A stretch of 64,000 bases of DNA from Macrostomum lignano. Taxonomy: Eukaryota. Location of the stretch: positions 120,354 through 184,353 of the forward strand of contig NIVC01002320.1 in assembly GCA_002269645.1 (NCBI GenBank), in the 5' to 3' direction. The first letter of the stretch is position 1. Each line of letters begins with the position of its first letter. A program made the translations under genes and the position numbers. Below, piece after piece: positions 50,085 to 61,160 of the stretch. The notes below the pieces were generated by a model that had not been told where the DNA came from, did no database searches, and worked only from the letters and a program-made list of their open reading frames with translations.

Positions 50085-51217
50085 TAAGCTGAAGTTTCAA
50101 TCTGGGAAAGAAATGCTGAATGTTGTAAAATGTAAGAATAGGAGATCCAATTAATTGGTTATTTCTTGAGTTCCGACTTTCGTTCCCAGCTCTTCCGTTC
50201 TCCATAGCGCTTTGAGTAGTCATTGAGCCCCAAAGAAGCTAACCTACATTGAAGAAAAGATGTTTTGAGATTCTTGCGATTTCGAATTTAAATTTTAATT
50301 CGAACGACTATATACAATGCTCGGGCCATTATTCGCTTTGGTTCTACTGTCAGTAGCTGAAACTCGAACGTAATTTATTCACGAAATGGTTTCTACCCCA
50401 ATCAGTTTCAAATTACCAGAGCCCAGAGTAGATGCCAAGTCAAGGCAAGCCGTCCCTGGACGAGTCCGCCTCTTCTGGGACAGCTCGCGTCAGAGGATTT
50501 CTGGCTTGGTTTTTTGAAATTTAATTTGACAGAAATAAGAAACTTTGACGGTCAAACTTTGCGCAGCTGCGACGAAATTCCCAGATACGATGATTTATTC
50601 ATTCACTAGGAATTCGGTTGGGCAAAGCACAGTAAAGAAGTGCGGCCAGCAACAGGCTTCTTACTTTACTTCGGAACACAGTTCTCTGAGCTGTTGTGAG
50701 TATACAAGATAGTGTTCTCATGTCAAACGGTATTCACTATTGTGCTCAAAGGCAATTGCAAGCCAACTGGCCTACATAGTAACAAAAGCTGAGCCAGTAG
50801 AAACAATGCTGCACCTGTCAACACCGCGGCCTCATAGTTGTTCGGGTCGGGAGAACAGCTGCTTGTTGACATTGGCGCCGCTGGTGGCTGCATTCCTGAG
50901 TTGCATGGTGAAACAGGTAAGAAAAGAATGCACCGACATGCTGTAGTCAAGGTCAAGTGCGTCAATTGTAGGAAGATGTGCTCACAATGAATGCCTCAAT
51001 GAACTCTAACGTAGAGCATGAATTTCATCCTAAAGCATAAATATTCGATGCCTCGAGAAACTATAATTGAGATGCCCCTAACCCTGTCTTTCCCAGATCC
51101 CAGATCTCAAATCCTCGCCAGCCCTTAAGTACGTATAATGATCGAAACTTTATAGGCTTCTCGTGAGGCTCCAATGCCCGAGCGTCGGTCTCAGACTAGA
51201 TGAGAGCTTCCTCACCA

Positions 51218-51522
51218 TTATTATTATTATCACTATTACACCTGCCCTAATGGCCAGATGTGCAACCGACAGCTCAGCCGCAGCTATTGCGCGGCGCATT
51301 GATGAAGGCCGCGTACGGCTGTTCAGTCCAAGAACTGGGGGGTCGCCACACACCCTCAATTATCCCAGCTAATGCTGGCAACCATTTTACAGCTGGGTGA
51401 ACTGAAGCAATGCAGAGTTAAGTGTCTTGCTCAAGAACGCAAATTGTTCCAGTGGGATCGAGAATCGAACCCCCGACCTTTAAGTCATGAGTCTGACGCT
51501 CTAAACACTGGGCTACAGCCTC
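51218..51522 (-). mobile_element. tRNA(Met-like)-derived SINE with CORE-like central domain (family 2)
   Basis: Minus strand head gtagcccagtgtttagagcgtcagactcatgacttaaaggtcgggggttcgatt. Central cttgagcaagacacttaactct...cagttcacccagctgtaaaatgg resembles the MIR CORE. (ata)n tail; second copy at 63608. Confidence 0.8.
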
Positions 51523-51922
51523 TTCTATTGTCTCAGAAGAATTCAACGGATCCTGATTGACCTAATAACACTTGCTAACTACGAATCGATCTGAACTCAT
51601 GGGGCGGGCGGAATTCCTAGCTAAACAGAGCCTTGAATGACTCAAGTGAGTTCAGTCAAGCCGATATAGATTCAAACCGCAGATTCTGTTATGATGAGAG
51701 CGGCCTCTGGAGCATACATACAGTCCGCTGGTGAATACTGCCAGTTCAAATTGATACTGTGTATTCTGAATATTAAGTGGGAAGCTCCGATTAATTGTAG
51801 CGCAGGCTGATAAGCTAATTAATTAATTGGCTTGGCCAACACGAGCCATATTTGCCTGGCGGCCGCATTGCTTTTCGGTGAATAGGACAGAAGCTTATTG
51901 CCTTCTCTGCCAGTTTGACCTA

Positions 51923-52614
51923 GCTTCCTCTAGCACCTGTGCTAGCCTCCATTGGCTTCCTCTAGCACCTGTGCTAGCCTCCATTGGCTTCCTCTAGCAC
52001 CTGTGCTAGCCTCCATTGGCTTCATCTAGCACCTGTGCTAGCCTCCATTGGCTTCCTCTAGCACCTGTGCTAGCCTCCATTGGCTTCCTCTAGCACCTGT
52101 GCTAGCCTCTATTGGCTTCCTCTAGCACCTGTGCTAGCCTCTATTGGCTTCCTCTAGCACCTGTGCTAGCCTCTATTGGCTTCCTCTAGCACCTGTGCTA
52201 GCCTCTATTGGCTTCCTCTAGCACCTGTGCTAGCCTCTATTGGCTTCCTCTAGCACCTGTGCTAGCCTCCATTGGCTTCCTCTAGCACCTGTGCTAGCCT
52301 CCATTGGCTTCCTCTAGCACCTGTGCTAGCCTCCATTGGCTTCCTCTAGCACCTGTGCTAGCTTCCATTGGCTTCCTCTAGCACCTGTGCTAGCCTCCAT
52401 TGGCTTCCTCTAGCACCTGTGCTAGCCTCTATTGGCTTCCTCTAGCACCTGTGCTAGCCTCCATTGGCTTCCTCTAGCACCTGTGCTAGCCTCCATTGGC
52501 TTCCTCTAGCACCTGTGCTAGCCTCCATTGGCTTCCTCTAGCACCTGTGCTAGCCTCCATTGGCTTCCTCTAGCACCTGTGCTAGCCTCCATTGGCTTCC
52601 TCTAGCACCTGTGC
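51923..52614. repeat. 32-bp minisatellite with an internal palindrome, ~22 copies
   Basis: Unit gcttcctctagcacctgtgctagcctc(c/t)attg; degenerate copies continue to ~52737. Confidence 0.97.
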
Positions 52615-53260
52615 TTGCTTTCATTGGGCTCAAATTACACCTGTGCCAGCCTGACTAGCCTGAAATGACACCTGTGCTAGCCTGACTGGTCCCATTGACA
52701 CCTGTGCTAGCCTGACTGGTCCCAATGACACCTGTGTTTGCATCGCATTTATCTATGAATTTACTACAGCTGTCGCATATATCGGGAAAACAAATATGAT
52801 TGAAAATTCGCACCTTACCGACTTCAAAATCTACGGACTAGCACAGGCCGCACCTGCTCTCTGTCCACTCGCAATGACCCGCGCAGCTGAGAGAGAATTG
52901 CCCGCTGCGTGGCGCGTAACGGGAAGCGCAGCACAAGAGGCTGCTTAGCGAGAAGAGCGAGGAACCGCTGCTTGAATTTTCGAATACGCTTCACGCTTAA
53001 ATTGTAATTCGATTGGACATCCTTGCAGTCTGCTCTCCTTCCCATACTTCTCTATAATGGCACTTCCACTGAATTGCTGAGTTGCCGGAAAAATTCTTAC
53101 TCTTAGCAGTATTACGCCCGTAGTTGGGCATTACTTGAGCTGTGTGGGGAGACCAGGCTCTCAGATGCAGGGATTGGGAAGCTATGAGCCTTCTTATTCT
53201 GAATATGATGGAAAGTATAGCTGAACGATTCTCAAAAACACGTAGATTCTCATAGAGCTG

Positions 53261-53384
<124 letters not shown>

Positions 53385-53858
53385 CAGGCAGGCATAAAGG
53401 CAGCGAAGAGATGCAGATACGGTTTGAGGATTGAAAGCAAGCTTAGTGAGGCTCAGGCACAGATGAAGCTTGTCAGTGCAGTCCGAACCCCTCATTGCTC
53501 GTCACAATTGCGATTATTCAAAATTTTCTTCCCCCTCCTCTCCCTCTCCCCGTTCCCTCCTGGCTGCCACAGGCCGGCCTCAATTAGAACAGGGGGCGGA
53601 GGATTCCCAAGCCTGGCTTAGCCAAAAAATTTTAAACCAACCAGTGGCAGCCGGCACTGAGTGGCGGACCTGCCGGGCACGGAGGCTTCAGGCGCTATAA
53701 AATTATCATTTTATACAGTAGCTGTGAAACCCACATTTTTGAAAGAGTCGGAGAGAGAGAAAAGGAAAGTCAATCCAGCCGGAAGCCGTGTTGCCAGGCA
53801 AACAAGGATCTGTCTGGCGCGCAGGAAAGCAGCTCAGTCAAAGCCTGCCTACCAACCA

Positions 53859-56800
53859 ATGATGGCCAGATTTCGCGCACAGGCGAGCCGCGAAGACGGA
53901 GCGTTGGAAGACTTTGAGATGCGTGAGTTTTGTGCTGCACGAGTACGTAGGCTAATCCCGAGGCCGGTGCTCAGCTTTAGGGACAGACAGCCTTGCCTGC
54001 CTTGAGCAGAATGCAATATAAAGCATCGAATACAGTCCCGGTTAGCCATTGGACTGATGCAATGACGCGCTTTCAAATTTTGATTACTTGTTTAAAATTC
54101 AGTCCCGATTCGACGGGGATTTAGTAGGGGGACGATAATTACCGGAATTCTGCTGCTCGATTTTCTGGATTTATGGGCCACATAAAAATTCTGTGCAGCT
54201 CTCGTGCTGGAGAAGAGAATTATCTTTAAAGTAGGGGGGGGGAGTTTAATCCCGACCAGCAGCCTGATGCTTTTCTTCAAGCTTATCTGCCTAATTGCAC
54301 CAGATGGAGGTAGTGGAACGACCCAGCTCGAGGAAAAGCTGCGTTTTTGTACGCTGCCAGTTGCCCCCATATTTTACCGGCCACACACACGCAGGTCCAG
54401 CCTGTCAGACGGGTCACTGGATAAGGCAGGTTTATTGGTCCCAATTAAAAGAAACAAATGCCTATCGCTTATTGAGCAATTAAAAAGCGAGTTATTTTTC
54501 TTGCTGTCTAAAACTCAAAACTAGCCGTGATAAATAATTTACTCTGGCAGCAGTAATCACTCCTCCCCCAGTTGAAATTAATTGAGCCAATGGGGAATTG
54601 AGGCATGACCAGCGCTGCAGAAAATTTTATGGAAATTCGAGGCCAACAGCTAGCTGCGAGGAGCATATTTGCATGCCTTTTGATGAATTTAGCCCTGGGA
54701 AGGGTCGACTTGAAGTTTCGAAATTGAGTGCTTCTTGGACACCAATGCCATCTTGCCATTGGCGCAGGTTTACCAAACGCTACTCTTTCTAATTTTTCAC
54801 CCCAAAGTCTGCAAGCCTAAAGTGCCAGTGAGTGCACGCACACCTTTCAAGTTTCCAGACTTCCGCGGGATAAAATTTATCACTTATGTGGCATGGGTTT
54901 GTGCCGCAGGCGTGGCTTATAGCAATAACTTTTAGCTTGCCCTCGACCACCCTGGAAGCTTTTGCAGCTCAAAATCCAATAGAACAGTTTTATGAGTCTC
55001 CACAACAGCGCAGCGCCTGCCATTAGGTGCTCCCTACGTGTGCGGTCTGTCGAACATGATTTATTGAATTAGCATGCGACCAGGCGCTGGAAATTCCTTC
55101 GCTTCCGCTGCATCTCCAGGCTCAATGTAATGACAAAATGGAACATCATTGGTCATGAAGCTTAGAGATCTACAGTTCACTTATTATCTAGCCCGCGTTC
55201 CTTTTTTCTGTTTCTCTACGGTAATTAAATTTGGTCCATTGGCTGCCGGCCCCAAGGGGTTCGGTCCCTGCTTCTGCTTGTTGCTTTTCTCCCACTATTC
55301 AAGGATCTTCAGCTGTCCGGCAATCTGCAAGCTCCGGACGGTTGCCCTCTTCCCTCCTGTCTCCCGAGTCCCAACTCCTCTCTCTGGCTTGTCCGTCTGT
55401 CTGTCTCTCTGGCAGCGAATCGTCTATCAGCCAGCTGCCAGGAGAATCGCAATAAATAGTGATAGTTCATTACTAGCAAGGTTACAATGTGCTCCGCTTT
55501 GGCTTATCAAAACCACACGGAAACAACAAAACCTAAAAACTTCTCATTCTCTACGCCTGATACGCTTCTGCTCTGTAGGTACACCAACTGTAGTTGCTGT
55601 CGTGGTTTTCCCATATGAGCGTAAAACTTTACATCTCCAACAAATTTTAGAAGGCATCGACGAGGACTACCGCAAAGCCTTCCTAGAAGACGAGGCCGAG
55701 CAGCAGCAGCCGCTGACCCAGCAAAAGTCATCTGCTGTTTCTGCTAAATCAAAACGTGAGTGTTACGATGGCTTGGTAACGGGTAGATTCTCTGCAGTGC
55801 AGGAAAACTATAGCTATAGGTGCTGAAGAGGGCGGATGGTACTTTCTCTAAGAGTTTGACTTGTTGTGTAGAACGTCATGTAAAGGCGATCGCATCGCGT
55901 AACAGCTGACGTAGACGGAGGCCAATTAAAGATTCTGACCGACTCCCGCATCTGTTGATGTCTTTGTCAGAAGTAATTTGCGCACAGGCAAACGCCTGGG
56001 CGTGGGCCGAAAACGCACACAGCTGCATTTGTCTTCGTTTCTCTATCCGATTGCGGGATCCGATTGACAAGCGGCATGAAAAATATCCCTTGTAGATATT
56101 TATCCGACTCCTGAAGTACAACAGACTTACGCTCGTAGTTCTAGTTAACTAGCTCACTTACTGACCTCATGCTCTTCCATCAAAGCAGCGGTATCGATCC
56201 AGTAGCTCCGGATGGATGGAGGGATCGGCCGGAGTGGACTGTTGCCAGAAACAGTGCGCCGGATTCATTTTTCTGCTTTTAGTCAATCAATCAGCCTCGT
56301 ATTCTAACTTATTCCATGGTAAGCCGGCCCGCTCTCCCATTACCTCTTTCCCACCTTCTTGGTGTCTCTAGGAGGTGGCGAAAAGTTTTCCCTGGCGTAG
56401 GAGAAGCAGGCGTAGGCCCTTGCACCGCGGCGGATCACCCCGAGGCTCATCCATCAAGCGAGATTATTCCCGTATGCTGTTAAGGCGAGACTTGAGCGGA
56501 AGCAGCTAGAAGGGGGCTGAAAGTGCCCGCCCCTCACTGATTGCCGCCTAAGGGGAGCCCAGGCTAGCATGTGGTGAATGCGCGCAACTGTTATTATTTA
56601 ACATGTGAAGTGTGAAGCCACTTTGTGAGGGTCTTGTTTTGGTGCGCCTCTCCTCTACGCATTGCCAAGCCATAATTTGACGCCCGGGTGAACATTGCGC
56701 GCTCAGCGTGAAAGGATTCCACTAAACCAGATGGTGGCTAGTACTAATATATCTAGGATTCGATAGACGCTCTGGTTTGGGATCAGCTGGTTGAACATCT

Positions 56801-58671
56801 TATTCCGCTTTGCAGTGCCATCCAACAACAACATGGAGGGTCGCAAGACAAGTGCTATGCTTTTCTGCGAGTGCAGCTCCATTCGAGGCATGCCGAAGAT
56901 TGCCAGATCATCGTCCAGCTTCCTCAGACGGATGTGGCTCTCCTTTATCATTGGCATGACCCTGGTCCTCATCGTGTCCTCGTCATTGTCCGTTCGTAGC
57001 TACCTGCAGTATGACGTCATTGTGCATACTTCAGACATTCCCGAATTTCCGTCAAAGTTTCCAGCGATTACCATCTGTCTACACCGGCCATTTTCTCAAA
57101 GGGCGCTCAGTCTGTGGGCAAACGGCTCTGTCATGTCGCCGAGAGGCTACAACCAACGCTTGCGACGCTGGGCTCAGGAGGCGATCAACAAGACTGAGAG
57201 TAACTTCTCGCGCATCAAGCAAAAGGACGCGGTACCGATATTCTACGCGCTCTACTACGATATGCTCGAGATGTACTATCAGAATGTGCGCTATGAAGAC
57301 ACTACGCTGTTAAGCCACGATCCCAGCGTCATTCGAAAGTGCATCATCATGACCAAGTGGGGAGAAAGTCACTTCAAAGATCCTTGCAACCTCACCGACC
57401 ATAATTTCAACATCAAACTTTTCTCGCACCCAAAGCACTTCAACTGCTACACTGTCGAGCCGAACAGCGAAGCCTCCTCGTTAGACACGATCTTCCTCGG
57501 ACTGGCCGTGGACCTTGGGCCTAAGCCTGATTACCTCAACCTACAGCAGGGCTTTCTCAACGACGTTTTTGATCAGGCCACCGGTCTACGACTGGTGATC
57601 CACGAGCCGAATCGTTATCCCGATGTCGAGCAGTTCGGCAAGAACATCGAGGCGGGAAAGATGACGGAACTGGCTTACACGCCGACCCTCTGGAATCGTA
57701 GCAATACGCCAGTGAAGCCGTGCATTGAAGGCGACGCCGAACCGTTCGAGGACCTCGGTCGGAGGTTCGACTACTCGCAACGTGAATGCACACGGATGAA
57801 GACTCAACGTGCAGCCATGGAACGCTGCGGCTGCATCATCTGCTTACCAGGGCATCCGCGACCGAGAATCCCGGGACCCGATGTAGCCTACTGCGGCACC
57901 TTCACTGACGCCTACAATCGAACTACGGACGACTTTATACGTTTCTCCAACTGCTATGTGGAAGATGTTCAGCCATCTGAGGACCATCTGAAGCCGTGCC
58001 TATCCCGGTGCGTGTTCTCAGAGTACGAGACCAAGCTGTCCGTGACGGAGTGGGGCGCTACAGATTGGCAGGTGTATTGGTCTGGCAAGTACCTCAACGA
58101 CATCGAGGAGCTACAGCGGCTCATGAATCAACGCGATAGCAGACCAGAAGAAGAACAGCAAGGTCTGGCGCCTCGTTTCGATGACGTAAAGAAGCGAATC
58201 ATGCACTACCTGACGAAAGAAAACCTGACATCAGTACAGGCCTCCGCGGACCAGATGGTCGAGTCGAAGAATTTTGCCTACGTCGTCCTAAAGCGAAAAG
58301 GCGAAAACTTGATTTTGAAGCAGGAAAAGCAGGTGCTGACGCTCAATGCATTGATGTCCCAAATTGGCGGCCTTTGCTCTCTGACTATCGGCCTCACCTG
58401 TGCGTGTATTGTCGAGGTGGTAGAGTTTTTCTACATCTACTTGACAGCGTTCAGAACAAATGGTCAAGCTGGAACAGCCGCCATCAACAATGACGGCGGT
58501 GGTGGAGGTGTCGGCGCCAGCGAAAGCAGCGCGGGAGTCGGCACGCACGGCCAGCGAACCGTCCTGCTGCCTGGCACGGCTCCAACTTCGCTCGACCTGG
58601 ACAATGCCGGAAATCATGGAGACCAGCGGATAGAGCATCGGCAGCTGCATCAGAGGTCATCCCAAATCTAA
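53859..58671 (+). CDS. DEG/ENaC (ASIC/FaNaC-related) channel subunit, 3 exons, ~674 aa
   Basis: Main exon 56816-58671 has TM1 (RRMWLSFII...), HPKHFNCYT, GLRLVIHEP, a Cys-rich thumb and TM2 (MSQIGGLCSLTIGLT). Upstream exons 53859-53922 (donor gtgagt) and 55651-55755 (105 nt) splice in frame (phase 1,1); these two are less certain than the main exon. Confidence 0.88.
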
Positions 58672-61160
58672 TTCTTAATTGAGCGCTTGACAATTACGAC
58701 CTACCTATTGACAATATTTATTTAGCTACTCCAAGCCGATGTTGAGCCACGAAGCTCTCTAGGATCTCTCAGAATCTGCTGTGCGCTCTTGAGTATCTCC
58801 CTTTTCTGGCACACCTGGACAGGAGAGACTCTTCTATCTATTGGTGACAAAGTTTAGCAAACACTATCGGATAAATTTTGCACGTTACCGAGACCCAGTG
58901 AGCTCCGCTAGTTGACAGTTTCCGGAGTGCAAGTGTTGACTCCATTGGGGCTCAGGTAGAAGCGGAACAGTCGCAAAGGCACTCCAAGCTTTAGCAAAAT
59001 GGTCGCTGCCTATGTAGGTCCTGAGGTCTCAACTAATTATTTGTCTGGAGAAGATTGCCAGCCATTGTTTTATCTCGATTGAGAGCCTTCACCGACAATT
59101 GATTTACAGGATCTAACAAATATCAGGATGCTTAGGTACGAGAAAGCATAGTTATAAACCGTTAAGCCAGGTCCCTAGTAAAAACATTTAGTCCGAGACG
59201 GACCCATTAGTAGGCATAAGAGCCTTGCAGTACAAGGATAGCCTAGCTTGGCACGGAATTTTCCTCAATCGTGGGTCCAGACATCTGTCTAGCTTTGGAA
59301 TGCATTGGGGAAGACAAAGGGCCAGTATGCGCCGCATTCCTTGGGTTTATTAGGCTTGTGTGCTCTTTACAATGTCAGGGGGAAAATTTGGAATGCGGTA
59401 TTAGTTACTCGTATTTGCCGGTCAAGTTTTGAAAATTGCTTGTCAGATCACCTGCCGCGACTCCAGCTCGCCGCCCGGGAGACAAAAGTTGCCGATTAGT
59501 CCAAAGAGGAGCTTGAAGAAGTGCCCCGGCGCGGGGCTGGGTCGCACCGCTAGCTGATATTGATAGCGGGGCTGAAAGCGCACAGGGCCAGTTGCTTATC
59601 TAATGTTGCCTTCCATTCCGAGAAGAAAATGGAAATGTAATGGCTGACAAGATATGATGCGCTAAATGATCAGCAGCTGTTTTCCGGCTCTCCCCCTCCT
59701 CCTTCAGTATTTTATTGGACCACAGGGCGCTTCTGACGCCCTAAACTACATTTAGTTATGCAGCAGAAAAGTACAAACATGCCGACTCCCGCCATTCTTT
59801 AAGTAGTAACAACCCAGCCTTGCCTTCTGGTTCCGTGACATTTTATATCATATTGCTTCTTTCTGCTCCTAATGTGACGCTATACGTACTCGTCCATTTT
59901 TTATGCATGCTAAATTTTTCATTCTCTTGCTTTTGAATTTCAAATGCCCTATTGCTGACTCGACTACTCATAGTAGGCACATGGACAACTATAGTAGTAT
60001 GACGCTATTCTCTTGAGACCGGCTTTTTGCAGAAAAATAGTCGAAACAGTAGTGAGATAGAAGGTATTCCATTTTTGCGTACTACTTACGAAAAGTCCAC
60101 TTTAGTTGTCCATGAGTTAGGCCAGTCTACTGAACTGATAATCACCAACCAATTTCTGTATCCTAGTGGTATACTGGTGTACTTCAGTCAATATTTTTAT
60201 CAGCTAATGCCTTGCCAGGACCGCAGATTCGGTTGATTTTGAATCTGAGAGAAACACAGCTTTAACTTTAACTCTAGCTATTATTATTATTATCTAAATT
60301 TTATTTATGGTCCAATTTCTAATAGGAGTTGAGCATCTATGTACAGATAAGTTTCTGCGCTAAACTCTTGCAATGATTTTTGTATAATTTACAGCAAAAG
60401 TAAACGGACGATGCACTCCGTTTTCTTAGAAAAGAGCCGGATTTTCTGAAAAAATCTGATTTTAGTTTGTCTATGATGAAAACTCATTCAGCTAGCGTTG
60501 AACTGGCGATACGACAACTATTCGTTGCTCACCGGAATCCAGCTCATTTCTAAGAAATTCGAGTCTTCAATTGTTCATGAGCTCTAAAAAAAAATTGACG
60601 CTAATACTAATTTGACTACCAGATTTTAATTTGAATGTCATATTCTATTTAGACAAAATAAAAGACACATTGTCTTACTAGAATGTCCTACTAGAAGTAG
60701 TGCGCTAGTGACGCTCACCCACACCCACCACGTGTTGACTAGAAATGTCTGACTCCAATGCAGACAAGTAATTTTTTTAAACTCATTCCCGTAGGCGAAC
60801 TCATTTAAAAATGTGCGCTAGAATAGAGACGATTGAGCAAGCCGGGCACAGCGGAGAGCATTGCGCTGTCTGTCTAGAGGGAGGCGGGCTGAGAAAGTGT
60901 GGGGTAGCCAGGTAGGCAGGGAATGGCACTACAATGCCGACACCCCGTCCCGACTCACCAGCTCGCTCTGTATCCATGGCCCCCCTCTCTCCCTGCTCAA
61001 ACCGTTGCTGGCGTTGCAAGCGAAAATAGAGAGAGAGATAGCAGGCAAGCCCAGAGCCCATACGAAGAGTACTTGAAGCTTGAGCCTACCGTCATCTGTT
61101 GAGACACCGGAGCATTCGAATAGTTTGAGCAGCAGTCGAGCTCAATAGTGGCATCGGAGC

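Noticed and set aside
51440-51522. tRNA-Met-like sequence (also 63830-63899 and 5900-5965)
   Set aside because: No paired acceptor stem; each continues into a shared SINE body, so these are SINE heads rather than tRNA genes.
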